64,000 nucleotides of DNA from an uncultured virus (IMG/VR IMGVR_UViG_3300030376_005322) (IMGVR_UViG_3300030376_005322), one strand, 5' to 3'. Positions 1 through 11,151 are shown, counted from the first letter of the stretch. Notes: generated by a model from the letters alone, not told the origin. Numbers and translations: made by a program.

Positions 1-626
1 TTAATCGCATCAAACCCTTTAGGGAAATTTGTTACGTCTTGTACAGGAACCTTTGCTGGGTCCAATTCGGACCAATGGTTCGCTATAGCGATTGGGGTGA
101 CCGCGGCACCACTAAATTTGCGGCGGTACACTTGAACTCGCGTGTGAATCTCTTCTGCAGTCGCATTCGATTCTTTTAACAACTTCACAGCCTTGTTGTA
201 TCTGCCTCTTTCTTGGCTATTCAAAGATGAAGTGTTTACTCCGCAGGCTTCCATGATCGAGTCCCAAATTTCGTCTTGTCGTTTAGGCTTAACCTCGCTG
301 ACTACTGCAGGAAGTTTTTCTTTTTTATCTTCGGGCCATAACTCAACAATTTCTGCTACTTGTTCCTTCATCAAGACTGTGTAAGTGTTACTTCTGCGCC
401 CTCCACCGGGAGAGCAATGTAGTAGCCCTTTATCTATCAAACTTTTCAAAGCCCGATTAACAGTCGAACGTGAAAGTTCCGTGTATCTGGCTATTGTGTC
501 TACCGAAGGGAAAGCGTTGCCTCCATCTCGGCTCGCATGGTTAGCGATACCGAGAAGAACAAACTTCTCGTTGGTTGTCATTGTTCCTGTCTGGTCTAAA
601 ACCCAGACCATTGCTTCTATGCTCAC
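1..626 (-). CDS. HTH-domain replication initiator-like protein (3' end runs off window)
   Basis: Not in the ORF track. Read by hand from GTG at 626, which overlaps the TGA of the upstream gene: VSIEAMVWVLDQTGTMTTNEKFVLLGIANHASRDGGNAFPSVDTIARYTELSRSTVNRALKSLIDKGLL..., a typical phage HTH_36 'FPS..TIA....SRSTV.RAL..L...GL' N-terminus. Confidence 0.75.
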   Translation of the reverse strand, partial: MSIEAMVWVLDQTGTMTTNEKFVLLGIANHASRDGGNAFPSVDTIARYTELSRSTVNRALKSLIDKGLLHCSPGGGRRSNTYTVLMKEQVAEIVELWPEDKKEKLPAVVSEVKPKRQDEIWDSIMEACGVNTSSLNSQERGRYNKAVKLLKESNATAEEIHTRVQVYRRKFSGAAVTPIAIANHWSELDPAKVPVQDVTNFPKGFDAI

Positions 627-1195
627 TTACTTCTCCTAAGAACTGCTTTGATGCTTCGTTTTACATCACAGAAGTTATCAGGATTTAGACCGGGAATGTT
701 GTTCCTTAAAGCAGTGACTCTCCAGTCCCTAAAAGCGGCGCATTCGAGAAGGCGATCAACAACAGCGTCCATCCAAGGAGCAACAATTTCTCGCTCATGG
801 ATCGGTTCGCCAGTTTCTTGATCTACATATTCTCTTGGCTGTATTTCATCTAATGCTGAATTTATGACAGCGCGAACTAAAACATCGTTCTGCCAGTTCG
901 AGCGGTAGTTGGAAACTCTACGCTCAACAGAGATAGAAGAATATTCGAGATTGCGTTGCCCCATTTTGTCCATAACAGTGACTAGGGAAGGGTTTGCTTC
1001 GTTGTCTATATCTCGTACTTGTGACTTGATATCTCCGAGAACGTCAAGTAGCCAAACCATGCCTTCGGAGGAGCCTTCAAGGTTCCCACCTTCTGCATCT
1101 TGTTGTGCCTCTTGTAAGTAGTCGTTAAGCATTGACCGCAAACCATCTGCATAGTCTTGAATGTCAATAATTTTTTCGTTGTAATTAGTGCTCAT
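623..1195 (-). CDS. hypothetical protein
   Basis: 190-aa ORF with AGGAAC RBS, translationally coupled to the downstream gene. Confidence 0.7.
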   Translation of the reverse strand: MSTNYNEKIIDIQDYADGLRSMLNDYLQEAQQDAEGGNLEGSSEGMVWLLDVLGDIKSQVRDIDNEANPSLVTVMDKMGQRNLEYSSISVERRVSNYRSNWQNDVLVRAVINSALDEIQPREYVDQETGEPIHEREIVAPWMDAVVDRLLECAAFRDWRVTALRNNIPGLNPDNFCDVKRSIKAVLRRSK

Positions 1196-1205
1196 GTTTT
1201 GTTCC

Positions 1206-1574
1206 TTACTTGTTTCTTAATTTATTCTCTACCCAAGATTTTGGGTATATGAGTAGTCGTAAACCGGGTTGATCTACGTTCTCTGGTGAGACGATAACCC
1301 TGTCTACTGTTGCGAGCCAAGGTTCTCCACCATCTATATTAGGTGAGAGTTTCTCGGCAAGTCTTGCTGATAGATAACCAACATGTTGATCCCCCACTAC
1401 GACACGAATCGCATTTGGGTCTACAGGGTTATCTGGTTCACGCTCTAACAATGCGCGGATCGGCCTGTTAGTCAATGCGGAAGCACGACCGATGGCGAAA
1501 ATATTACTGGGGTAATGAGAACCCCTGAATGTGACACCAACGACTGCCGCCTCCATAGGAGAAGGCAAAGTCAT
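1206..1574 (-). CDS. HIRAN-domain protein
   Basis: VVGVTFRG...LEREPDNPVDPNAIRV...HVGYL is the HIRAN signature. Start placed at ATG 1574 (TAATG overlap with upstream stop). Confidence 0.85.
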   Translation of the reverse strand: MTLPSPMEAAVVGVTFRGSHYPSNIFAIGRASALTNRPIRALLEREPDNPVDPNAIRVVVGDQHVGYLSARLAEKLSPNIDGGEPWLATVDRVIVSPENVDQPGLRLLIYPKSWVENKLRNK

Positions 1575-2320
1575 TACGCCTCCAAGTCTTGCTTGGCGTA
1601 TTCTTCGGCTAAGGCTTGAACAGATTGTGCTACAGCGTTGAACTGGGCAACTGATTCCATTGGCCATTGACGATTGTTGATTTCGGTATGGGCGTCTCGG
1701 GCTTTTTGCCGTAAATCTTCTGGCAGGCTTTCAACAGTTTCTTTCAAAAGGTCGTGGGCTTCTTCCATTTCCCATTTATCCTTCCAGCCACCTACTTCTG
1801 CTAAAACTTCTGCTTCTTCTTCTGGAATTTCAACAATTTCAGGTTCGACTTCTTTTACCAATGGGGATTGCTTAACTTCAATCTGGGTATCGGTAACGAT
1901 GCCGGGAGTTTCAGTTTGTGGTGATGGAGTAGGTACGCCATCACGTATGGCTTCTTGTTCAGCCATGCGTTGCTTGTAAAGGATAAAGAGTTTTAAGTCT
2001 TCGGTTGTGTCTGGATAGCCAGCACGTTTGATTGCTCTACCTAATGCTTTAGTGCAAAGGATATTCCATTTATCTGAAATGTGGTCTCCGCGTATGCCTT
2101 TAGTATCAGCAACAGGTTTGTACCCGATAATGGGTGAGTCGTCACCGGGGTGACGTGAGATTGTGGCGAGACAATAATCTTCGTCTCCACCAAAATCTTT
2201 TGGTATGCCGAGTGTGGTGCCTTTAACTGAAGTGAATTCGACAGAGGCGTCTGGGTGGTCTTCTTTGAAAATTCCCCATCTTAAACTCGGGCTAACATAA
2301 TCTTCGGCGATATTTGCCAT
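1574..2320 (-). CDS. putative ssDNA-annealing/recombination protein
   Basis: N-terminal 'DYV...R...F.EDHPD' and 'T.ALGRAI..AG' resemble Rad52/Sak-like phage annealing proteins; replication-module context. Confidence 0.45.
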   Translation of the reverse strand: MANIAEDYVSPSLRWGIFKEDHPDASVEFTSVKGTTLGIPKDFGGDEDYCLATISRHPGDDSPIIGYKPVADTKGIRGDHISDKWNILCTKALGRAIKRAGYPDTTEDLKLFILYKQRMAEQEAIRDGVPTPSPQTETPGIVTDTQIEVKQSPLVKEVEPEIVEIPEEEAEVLAEVGGWKDKWEMEEAHDLLKETVESLPEDLRQKARDAHTEINNRQWPMESVAQFNAVAQSVQALAEEYAKQDLEA

Positions 2321-2370
2321 GTCTTTCTTCTCCTAAATGTAGGTGTTCTTATAGTTTGAGTATACAGAGT

Positions 2371-2622
2371 CTATTTTTGATTGACAACCTCGCCGCCGCA
2401 GGACGCAACAGCGTTAGAGAACAATTTATGGATCATCACGTATTCTGCGTTCCCTCCGTTGAGGTTAAACATAACTGAAATGTCCCACATCATGCTCTCT
2501 GTAGACTCTTTAATATGCACTAAAGCATCGGGGTCGAAAAGTCGAATCCCTTGGGCAAGAGAAGCAGCGAAATCATACGCTGGCACCTCTGCTGTTTCTT
2601 TGAATTGGAAACCTTTAGTCAT
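2371..2622 (-). CDS. hypothetical protein
   Basis: 83-aa ORF in gene-dense minus-strand run. Confidence 0.55.
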   Translation of the reverse strand: MTKGFQFKETAEVPAYDFAASLAQGIRLFDPDALVHIKESTESMMWDISVMFNLNGGNAEYVMIHKLFSNAVASCGGEVVNQK

Positions 2623-2661
2623 ACTCTATTCTGCCTTATCTGAGGCAGATATTCCACTAGC

Positions 2662-2844
2662 CTATTTTTTGGCTGGTGGTTCTTTAGGAGCAGGCATTTC
2701 CTGTGAAGCGTTATTTGCGAGCATCTCTTGAAGTTGAGAAATCATCGCCTCTTTAACTGCTAAATCTGTTGTCAGCGCTGCGATTTTATTCGCCATACTG
2801 TCGATAACTTTTTGAACGTCTAGTTGTGTCTCTTGATTTGTCAT
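2662..2844 (-). CDS. small coiled-coil protein downstream of tail genes
   Basis: 60-aa ORF; TATAGT -10 lies 7 nt before ATG (leaderless). Confidence 0.6.
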   Translation of the reverse strand: MTNQETQLDVQKVIDSMANKIAALTTDLAVKEAMISQLQEMLANNASQEMPAPKEPPAKK

Positions 2845-2866
2845 AACAGCAACTATACCACGTTTA

Positions 2867-5800
2867 TTATGATTCCAAAGCGGAAAGTCGTGTTTCCATT
2901 TCTTGGATGGCTTTAACTATTGGCGCAATCAACTCTGTGTATCTAATTCCCTGAGTGTTTCCTGCTTCAACAGTTACCTTAGATTTCCCATCAGGGTCTC
3001 CTGATTCTATATCTGCGTGTTTCCAATGTTCTTCTTTATCGTATGCCCCATCTATCCACAGTGCAGTAGAAGATGCATCATCACCAAGTAAAGTTTCTAC
3101 CTCTTGGGCTATAAAGCCATGATGCTTTCTCGCACCATCTCTTCCAGTAGCGCCTTCTTTCCAAGTGAAAGAGACAGGTCTTAACCCTTTTATGAAGTCT
3201 AAACCAAGAGAGGCATTTTGAATATCATCTTTCAAATTTACATCCGAAGTAGTTACTCCACTCTTAGCGTAAACATCGTCCCAATATTTACTTGTGGAAC
3301 CGAGGTCTGCCCCATGCCAATCTCCAGCACTAAAACTAGCAGTAGATGCAGGGACTATACTTCCTGTGCTTGTTATCCCGCCAAGGCAAGTAATGTCTGA
3401 TACAATATAAGCCCAACCATTAACATATGCCTTTATACCAAACCCACCGGGAGCAGCAGAATCGCTACCCACTACAAGGTTGTGCTTTATTCTGATGTCT
3501 CCCCACACATCAAGAATGTCGTTAAGAGAAGCGCCGCCACCCTCTAAATTGAAAAACATATTAGAAGTACTTTGCATTCTAACATGAGGTGAGTTCCCTG
3601 TATTTTGAAGAACAATATAATTATCTTTTGCATTGTTATACATGCCAAGCCCGCTATAAGAGAACCCACCAAAAGAACCTGAGCCGTAATTTATTGACCC
3701 GAAAGCATCATCGTCACTTGTGGTCCCAAATTTTATTGAAGAACTGACGGACGTACTTGTATTAAAAGTCACTCGTGCAGTTCCAGAACCCTTAAAGACA
3801 TAAGAACTGCCGGGGAATGTGCCGCTAGCGATATCAGCACCAGTAATTGTTAAAGCATTAACATCAATTCTTGCCGCATCGATTGTACCGGAAGTTATAT
3901 TGTCAGCATTCAGATTAGTGATCGTGACAGTGCTTGCATTAATAGTACCAGCCGTTATTTTGCTGGCATTCAAATTAGGAATCCTGTCAGCATTGAATGT
4001 GCCAATATGCGCTTTAGACGCATCTATAGTTCCACGGAAAGTACCGTTTTCAAACTCGACGCTTCCATCGGCTTTAATAACCCACCCTGCGCTACCGGGA
4101 TTGTAATTCGATGACGCTACATGGCCGCTAACAATAGTGACGTTAAAAGAACTCAAATTAAATTCAGACTCGGTGCTCCAAGCAGATTTTCGTTGGTCTC
4201 TGTTAACGCTTCTTACTTTTGCTTTATATTTACCGTCTGGTCGTCCTAACCCATTGACCATTACGCTAGTGCCCCCAGTTTTAATCCTTACCGGGTCATC
4301 GTTATAGGTCACATCAGACCCAGAAGTATCTTTACCTCTATAGTCAGTTGAACCATCTGCACGTTTCCCTGTTGGTGCTACTTCAACCTCAAAATGTTCA
4401 ATAAGGTTTTCTTGTTTAGCAGGTGTATTCCAACCAACAAGCACACCAGAGTTAAACGGTCCACCTTCTTTAGTGACCGAAGTAATCGAGTCTGGCGGGT
4501 CAGGTATCCTTCCTGCCTTAAAATCGACCAGATCAATCTGGTCAGAGTATTGGCCTGTGCCTTCTTTCTTTTGTATCCGTCGAAGCACCCCGTCGATTAC
4601 GTCACCGATGACTACTTCTGTCCGAACTTCGTCAGGAGTCAGCGCTAAACCTAAACCAACGATTTGCCGGTCTTGCGTTACCCCTGCTTCGTATTCGATC
4701 TTTACTGTGTCGCCGGGAACAAAATCAATCCATGCTCTAGTCGTATCTGTTTCTATATATTGGAAGGTGTATTCATCTAATGGGTCTTTGACTGAATCTA
4801 AAGCCTGTTTCGCTGCGTCAGCGTTAGATTGCCCATCAGCGTGCTGGTGTCCTATGAACCCTTCACGCCTACCAAAGGCGCTTACTTGCGAAGTATTTTT
4901 TTGGCTCTCTATGGTGAACCCATTTGAAGCGAACATAAACGTTCTTAAATCTGGGCGGCGTAACGACCTTGAAGAAGAAGTCGCATTAGGAATAGTCAAA
5001 AGAATTGTGGTCGATCTATCTGTACCTAATGTTTTAGAAATAAAGATAACACCAGAAGCGTTCACATACCATTGAGCGTTAGAAGTAACAGCACACAGTT
5101 GATTGAGAGCGTCAAGATAAGTTATGCCAGACGGGATTTCAAATAAATAATTAACTTCATCAGTAGGATACGTTGCAGTAGTTGTCCATGTTGTTCCGTT
5201 AGAGTCTTCATTTGTTAAAGGCGCTAACGCTTGGCTTCCGCTCCCTGACCAGCCAGTTAATAATTGTGCAGAAAGGCTTAGTGGCCAATCAACAGGATCG
5301 CCGTTTCTGTCCGCTGACCCATGTGCATAATTAGTCCAAGTTTGATTTACCCCATTGTCTGCTTCCTTAAATAAGAAAGTAAACGCAGCGCCACCATAGG
5401 CTTTGAATTTAGGGTTATCTATTGAATGAGCACCAGAGTCGAGTTCAGCAGTAGTTTCATGCGTTTTTCCGAACCCGCGTGAAACGTTAACAACGTTCGC
5501 ATCAGGATCGCTAGTGTTCCCTTCGTCCCAGTTTTCTGGGAGAACAACAGCCCATTCTAAACAAGCCGCCAACCCACGCCCTTGCATAACAACTAGGCGC
5601 TGATCCCCAGAATATTGAACATCTGAGTTCTCTATCAAAAACGTTGCTATAGCAGTTCCGTTTCTAACAACCTGAACAGCGAAATTTCCTTCCCACGGAT
5701 ATTTACTGCCGTTGTTTGTGTAAAAGTCTGCGAGCATAGGGTCGTCGAAATCCATTTCGAGAGACCCGCCACCAACATCATTTATCACATCAGTGACTTG

Positions 5801-5887
5801 TACGGCAATATAACTAGGGACGAACGCTACTGTCGCCAACGTTGTTGCGTTGACGATCTTTACATCCCATGCCGAATCTACGGCCAT
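2867..5887 (-). CDS. tail tip/hub (Tal-like) protein with FN3-like domain and C-terminal peptidase S74 chaperone
   Basis: Follows Dit. FN3-like segment (VGWNTP...YKAKVRSVN), I-x-A-x-x-I-T-x-G-T-I repeats, C-terminal 'SDVNLKDDI...LRPVSFTW...GFIAQEVE...YTELIAPIVKAIQE'. Confidence 0.85.
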   Translation of the reverse strand: MAVDSAWDVKIVNATTLATVAFVPSYIAVQVTDVINDVGGGSLEMDFDDPMLADFYTNNGSKYPWEGNFAVQVVRNGTAIATFLIENSDVQYSGDQRLVVMQGRGLAACLEWAVVLPENWDEGNTSDPDANVVNVSRGFGKTHETTAELDSGAHSIDNPKFKAYGGAAFTFLFKEADNGVNQTWTNYAHGSADRNGDPVDWPLSLSAQLLTGWSGSGSQALAPLTNEDSNGTTWTTTATYPTDEVNYLFEIPSGITYLDALNQLCAVTSNAQWYVNASGVIFISKTLGTDRSTTILLTIPNATSSSRSLRRPDLRTFMFASNGFTIESQKNTSQVSAFGRREGFIGHQHADGQSNADAAKQALDSVKDPLDEYTFQYIETDTTRAWIDFVPGDTVKIEYEAGVTQDRQIVGLGLALTPDEVRTEVVIGDVIDGVLRRIQKKEGTGQYSDQIDLVDFKAGRIPDPPDSITSVTKEGGPFNSGVLVGWNTPAKQENLIEHFEVEVAPTGKRADGSTDYRGKDTSGSDVTYNDDPVRIKTGGTSVMVNGLGRPDGKYKAKVRSVNRDQRKSAWSTESEFNLSSFNVTIVSGHVASSNYNPGSAGWVIKADGSVEFENGTFRGTIDASKAHIGTFNADRIPNLNASKITAGTINASTVTITNLNADNITSGTIDAARIDVNALTITGADIASGTFPGSSYVFKGSGTARVTFNTSTSVSSSIKFGTTSDDDAFGSINYGSGSFGGFSYSGLGMYNNAKDNYIVLQNTGNSPHVRMQSTSNMFFNLEGGGASLNDILDVWGDIRIKHNLVVGSDSAAPGGFGIKAYVNGWAYIVSDITCLGGITSTGSIVPASTASFSAGDWHGADLGSTSKYWDDVYAKSGVTTSDVNLKDDIQNASLGLDFIKGLRPVSFTWKEGATGRDGARKHHGFIAQEVETLLGDDASSTALWIDGAYDKEEHWKHADIESGDPDGKSKVTVEAGNTQGIRYTELIAPIVKAIQEMETRLSALES

Positions 5888-6816
5888 TAGATATATGCCT
5901 TCGAGTACGTTATTACAACGTTTGCATTGGTTTTCTTATCGATCTCATTTACGATACCGGGTCGTAACTCGAACCAGTCGAGAGTGGTAGAGCCAGTACG
6001 ATCAACGCTTCCTGTCGGATAAGTCGTAGCATTGCCATCTGAGACATCAACAAGAGTCGCCGTGTACGCTTCTGTGTCGAAAGTTATATGATCGCCGTCA
6101 TCAAGAGTTCCGTTCCAAGTTAATTTACTTCCAGTTGTTGCGTTCTGTACCCAAGGGTTAGCAACGCTTGCCCCAACAGCAGTTAATTTGATAGTCATTC
6201 GAGTCGTCACTGCTGTACCACCGGGGTCAGCATCCGCATCAGAACCACCACCACTCTGCATAGTCGAAGCAGTTTTAACGCCTGCCGAATTGCATTCATA
6301 CCAGCGAGGGTCAAGATAATCGACACTCGCTGTAAACCGAACATAATTAAAGTCAGATTCCGCAATCTTTATCGGACTCACAACCTCACCATAATTAACT
6401 CGATACGAGTCTGCTGGGCTAGCAGCATTTGATTGTAATTTTTTAACAACCATTAAAGGAGCGTCATAGCCAGAAGCCTTATGACTGGTGTAAAGCAATC
6501 CTTTTACTTCATCTAAATTAGCGTTCAACTGTGCGAGTTGTTGCTTCTGCCCAGTCGTAGTTGGTGTACCTGTTCCGCTCCAAGTAGGTGGGTAAACAGT
6601 CCCATCTGCTTTAGCGTCACAAACCCACATCATCCATTGTTCGTTGTTCTTACCTAACCTTTTCTGTCGCCAACTTCCACCATGTGCCATCGCTGGAACT
6701 AAATTGCTTCCACGCCACATAGGGGTGCCTGCCGTAACAGACTCTATATTGAAACGCGGGTCAGAGAGTTCTGTGCCGTTAACTGAAATTGATTCTACCC
6801 ATCCAAATGCTGTCAT
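5887..6816 (-). CDS. distal tail protein (Dit-like)
   Basis: Immediately after tape measure; 'DPRWY' and 'WFELRPG.NEI' motifs typical of siphovirus Dit. Confidence 0.75.
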   Translation of the reverse strand: MTAFGWVESISVNGTELSDPRFNIESVTAGTPMWRGSNLVPAMAHGGSWRQKRLGKNNEQWMMWVCDAKADGTVYPPTWSGTGTPTTTGQKQQLAQLNANLDEVKGLLYTSHKASGYDAPLMVVKKLQSNAASPADSYRVNYGEVVSPIKIAESDFNYVRFTASVDYLDPRWYECNSAGVKTASTMQSGGGSDADADPGGTAVTTRMTIKLTAVGASVANPWVQNATTGSKLTWNGTLDDGDHITFDTEAYTATLVDVSDGNATTYPTGSVDRTGSTTLDWFELRPGIVNEIDKKTNANVVITYSKAYI

Positions 6817-6819
6817 CTT

Positions 6820-9800
6820 CTATCCACCAGTCCTTCCGCTCTTTGGATGGCCTTTTCTGCCACCGCCACCGCTTCCATATCTTCCGCCACCACTAGGGTC
6901 GCCTTTATCTACATTGTTAGAGACTTCAGCCACAATCCTTGAAGCGGTTATATCGTTTGCTTCCATCGAGATGTTTAAGTCCCCTTTAACAGTAAACCCT
7001 ACATTTTCTAGTATTTCGTTTAATGCTGGAATATCTTCAACACTGAAAGGTATCGGAGCAAAATCTTGGGCCATGTGTTCTCGGAAGGTGTTGCCTCTAT
7101 GGAATGATTGGTAATCTATTTGGCTTTGCGCACCGCCTTGCCCAAACTGATTACTTGTCCACATGCCAACTTGATTGAAACCGGCGGAATCAAGATCATT
7201 TTCGGTCCATGGTGTGTCCTCGTCGTCGCCGCCGCCTGTTGCTGTGCTTATCCACCCTAAACCAGCAGCGACATCTTTAACGGCCTGAACAGTCTCTGGA
7301 GAGAACACCTCGCCCATCATCGCTTCATCTCCCGCGGAAAGCGAAATAAGGTTACTTACTTGATCTCCAGTTAAACCAACAGCCTCTGCTAATGCCTTAA
7401 ATGTTTCTATCGCTTCGTCGCCTTCCATTTTCATTTCCGCTGTTGCAGTAGCGACCTTCAACCCAGCCTCTGCTAATTCTAATTCAGCGTCAACTACTTC
7501 TCGGCCAACATCAGCCTTGGTGTCAAAATCTTCTAAAGCAAACTCTGCTTCCATTAAAGCAATTTCAAGGTCTTCTTGGTTACCTGCCCCAAGGAACAAA
7601 TTACGTTTCGCTTCTTCAACAGCACGCTCTAACTTTCTACGATTTAATTTTTCCCACTTGGTGTCTACACCCTTACCCCCAGCAGTGGTAGTTAACCTGT
7701 CTAATTTTCTTTGCGCTTCCCCTAAATCAAAAACGCTAGTTATAGCATTGCTTGCCGCTGAAAGAGCATCTTGTGCAGTTGACATAGCATCATCAACAAC
7801 TTCACGAATGACGTTTTTCATTCCCTTTTTGCCGTCGAGTATCCCCTTAGCGATACCTGCAGTTATTGGTTGCCCAACATCAACAGCGAAAACTTTTGAA
7901 GGAGATTTAATGCCAAGGATTTTCATAATCTCACTCTTGGTATAATCTATAACGCCTAGAAGTTCGTCACTTACCAGCCTGCCTCCCTCCCCTATGCCTA
8001 CTGCCATACCTGTAACAAACGAAGTCCCTAATTGCTCACCAGTAAGTTCTGCGTAACCTGTGCCTTCTGCTAACACTAAATCCATTCGTGCTTCAAACGC
8101 TTGAGTAACCTCAGTGTTCGCAGCGTCTGCTTCTGACATAGCAGAAATAGCAATAGTGTCAGGAGTTACCCCAATTTGGCTATACAAATTTTCGACTTCG
8201 CTAATCTCCAAGCCAGCCAATGCCGCCACTCTTTTAATCTCTTCAAAGCCTCTAACTAAAGTGCTATGCGCCTCTTCCCCCCTGCCAGCCTGATATAGAT
8301 TAGCGACAACATCTTGCAAACTTTCCACCGAATCGAAAATAGCCTCTTTGGAGGAATTGTTTAACACCCCTCCTGACTCGGCAATGGCATCACCCATGTC
8401 GTTTACGCTTTCAACCCAATCAATCCTTGCTTGCTCTAAATTCATTGGGCGGCCGATAAAGTTATCGAATGTGTTATTGAATCGTTTAGCAGCCTTATCT
8501 GCCGCAGCGAAAGCAGATTCCAAGTCAGTCAAAATGTCTTCGACTGTCGAAAATCCACTTTCCATATCTATAGCGTTCATTTCCGCAGAACGAGCCATTC
8601 TTTCTATCGCTAACTCGATAGCAAGCATATCTTTCGTTGCACCTTCTGCTAAGCGCTCGGTTACGGATTTGCCCCCTATCATCAACAGGTCTGCTTGGCC
8701 CCGAGCCAATACTGTATTAATATCAGTCATCGAATAAAGCGCTTGTTGAGCAAAAGACCCGTCCCGATCAAACTCTGTCCCCGTTAGGGTTTTACTTATT
8801 CCCTCAAATTTGTCATCGTCCCAGTCCATATTTGCTATTATTTCCAAGACTTCATAAAGACTCGACGCACCTGCAGTGAATTCTTCAAGTTGAGGAATTT
8901 GCTCCACAATTTTGTCCAAAACCCATTCGGACCCCTCCCCTTGCCCCATTGCATCCACTATTGCACTATTGAGTTCTGCCCAAGCAACTCCGAAATCTTC
9001 AAGCGACCCTTTTCTTAACATATTGTTTAAGTCGTCAATTAACTCTTCTTGAGAGTCAACGAACTCACGTCCTGCTTCTTGGACGTCTCCCATATCTAAA
9101 ATAGTCCAATCATCTTTCTCATACTGTTCGCGGAGTTCGTCAAGATGCTGTGATGATACATTGATTTGCGCTCTCGTTCTAGCCCCGATAGCAGCCGCAA
9201 TGTTTTCTTCTGACTGTTCAAGGTCTCCAATAACAGTTCCTGTAAGAAAATTACTCAAATCGGCTTCGGAGGTGAATAGACGATGCCACATGTTTTCATC
9301 GCCAAACTGTTGCCCATATCTAGAAACAATCTGTTGTATAGCAGCCCGAATCATCGGGCTGTCTCCAGCCCCGTGAAATGCTCTTACCATCGCAGTTTCA
9401 AACACGCCAGCAGCACTTTCTGGCATTGTGTCAAAAGCCTCTTGTATATCAGCATCGAAGGCTTCCTCAAAGAATCGCATTTCTTCTCTTACACCAGACA
9501 TGTTGGAAAGCCCTGTTATCTGGTTACCGATGCCACCGGCATCGCTCAAAACTCGATCTCCGAAGTTACGAACGTCTGAAATCGAAGCGACTAACTCATT
9601 GACTTCTTCGGCTGCAGTTTTGGATTTTTTACCAAACCCCATAAAGATAGCGCCAAGAGCAACAAGAACAATGCCTACGCCTGTTGAAATCAGCATGGCT
9701 TTTATTGCCATTCCGAGGGCACCGACACCAAGGGCTGCAAATTTGGCTTGGATACCTGCCCACATCATTGCTGCGGCTTGTCTAATAAGACCGCCTGTGT

Positions 9801-11151
9801 GAGCCGCCCCAGCAGCAGTAGCGGCCGCGGTGCTTCCAGTTAAAGCGGCTAAAGCCGCACTCTTAAGAGCAATACTTGTAGCGACATGACCAAAGCCAAC
9901 AGCCAAGAAAGCAAGCATTGACACCAGTAATCCTATTACCGTAATCGTACTTACGAAAGTCCCATGATTTGAAAGAAAGTTAATCAACCCTGCAAACCAT
10001 CCAATAACTTTTTGCAAGATACCGATTAGCGGAAGCATCGCTTCGCCTAGTTCCAAGAAATTAACTTTAAGTTCAGCCATCGCCACAGCCATCTTATGAG
10101 CCGCAGTTTTTGCGGTTATTTTAAGAGCCTTATCGGTATCACCGGCAGAGTTAGCCAACGCCTTAAAGATTTGTTCGTTCTCTTCAAGGTTGGCCCCCGT
10201 AATATCCAAAGCACCAGCCAAAGCACGAATGTTAGGGAACACGTCAGCGAAAGCATCGGCGTTCTCTTCAGATAAATCTCTCAACCGTTTCAAAACCGCC
10301 AACAAGCCTTGCGACTTAGCCATGTCTCGTAACTCGCCTTCAGCAATACCCATTTCTTTCATGGCTTTAGTCGCCTGACGAGAAGGGTCTAACAGAGACT
10401 GCATTATCTGACGTAACTGAATAGCCGAAGTTCTCGCATCAGTACCAGTACGGGTCATAGCAGCGATTGCTGCAGCGACCTCATGGAACTCGACTCCCAT
10501 AGCGGAAGCAACCGGAATTGCTTTACCAATAGCAGGAGCCAAACGATCTGCCTCGACTTTACCTTCCCTAACGGCGGCTGTAAGAACGTCTACAGCCAAA
10601 CCACCTGAAAGGTTTTCAGCGCCATAAGCGTTAACAGCAGACGTAGCGGCATCTGCAACAACTTTTGTTGAACCTAAACCAACCGCTGCGGCTTTAGCAG
10701 AAGCATTAAGAACATCTACAGCAGTACCAGCACGCAAACCAGCCGAGGTGATAAAGAACATAGCCTCTGCGAGTTCCTGTGGGGCTCGACCTGTGGCTTT
10801 TGAAATTCCTTTTACATCAGTTTTGAATCTTTCTACAGCACCGCCTGCTACACCCACCAACGCTTCAATCTTGGCAAACGAAGCCTCAAATGAAGAAAAA
10901 GATTTAAGCGAAATTGCTGCAAGCGCTCCCATTGGGAGCACAACGAATTTCATCAGTGTACGGCCGAATGTTTGAGCCCTAAAACCGAGAGTGTTAAGGC
11001 TTTGACCCATCTTCATGGTTGAGGCAGTTGCAGCATTCGTTGCAGCCTGCACTGGCTTCATGCCCTTAGTTATTGCTGTAGCGCCTTTTTTAACGCCAAC
11101 AGGATTCAGAACAATGTTCTGGACAAGGGTAGGTAATTGGACTGCAGCCAT
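6820..11151 (-). CDS. tape measure protein
   Basis: 1443 aa, Ala-rich helical; TP901-type TMP core (ELAEAMFFITSAG...), hydrophobic central segment, 'LGIKSPSKVF' motif. Confidence 0.95.
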   Translation of the reverse strand: MAAVQLPTLVQNIVLNPVGVKKGATAITKGMKPVQAATNAATASTMKMGQSLNTLGFRAQTFGRTLMKFVVLPMGALAAISLKSFSSFEASFAKIEALVGVAGGAVERFKTDVKGISKATGRAPQELAEAMFFITSAGLRAGTAVDVLNASAKAAAVGLGSTKVVADAATSAVNAYGAENLSGGLAVDVLTAAVREGKVEADRLAPAIGKAIPVASAMGVEFHEVAAAIAAMTRTGTDARTSAIQLRQIMQSLLDPSRQATKAMKEMGIAEGELRDMAKSQGLLAVLKRLRDLSEENADAFADVFPNIRALAGALDITGANLEENEQIFKALANSAGDTDKALKITAKTAAHKMAVAMAELKVNFLELGEAMLPLIGILQKVIGWFAGLINFLSNHGTFVSTITVIGLLVSMLAFLAVGFGHVATSIALKSAALAALTGSTAAATAAGAAHTGGLIRQAAAMMWAGIQAKFAALGVGALGMAIKAMLISTGVGIVLVALGAIFMGFGKKSKTAAEEVNELVASISDVRNFGDRVLSDAGGIGNQITGLSNMSGVREEMRFFEEAFDADIQEAFDTMPESAAGVFETAMVRAFHGAGDSPMIRAAIQQIVSRYGQQFGDENMWHRLFTSEADLSNFLTGTVIGDLEQSEENIAAAIGARTRAQINVSSQHLDELREQYEKDDWTILDMGDVQEAGREFVDSQEELIDDLNNMLRKGSLEDFGVAWAELNSAIVDAMGQGEGSEWVLDKIVEQIPQLEEFTAGASSLYEVLEIIANMDWDDDKFEGISKTLTGTEFDRDGSFAQQALYSMTDINTVLARGQADLLMIGGKSVTERLAEGATKDMLAIELAIERMARSAEMNAIDMESGFSTVEDILTDLESAFAAADKAAKRFNNTFDNFIGRPMNLEQARIDWVESVNDMGDAIAESGGVLNNSSKEAIFDSVESLQDVVANLYQAGRGEEAHSTLVRGFEEIKRVAALAGLEISEVENLYSQIGVTPDTIAISAMSEADAANTEVTQAFEARMDLVLAEGTGYAELTGEQLGTSFVTGMAVGIGEGGRLVSDELLGVIDYTKSEIMKILGIKSPSKVFAVDVGQPITAGIAKGILDGKKGMKNVIREVVDDAMSTAQDALSAASNAITSVFDLGEAQRKLDRLTTTAGGKGVDTKWEKLNRRKLERAVEEAKRNLFLGAGNQEDLEIALMEAEFALEDFDTKADVGREVVDAELELAEAGLKVATATAEMKMEGDEAIETFKALAEAVGLTGDQVSNLISLSAGDEAMMGEVFSPETVQAVKDVAAGLGWISTATGGGDDEDTPWTENDLDSAGFNQVGMWTSNQFGQGGAQSQIDYQSFHRGNTFREHMAQDFAPIPFSVEDIPALNEILENVGFTVKGDLNISMEANDITASRIVAEVSNNVDKGDPSGGGRYGSGGGGRKGHPKSGRTGG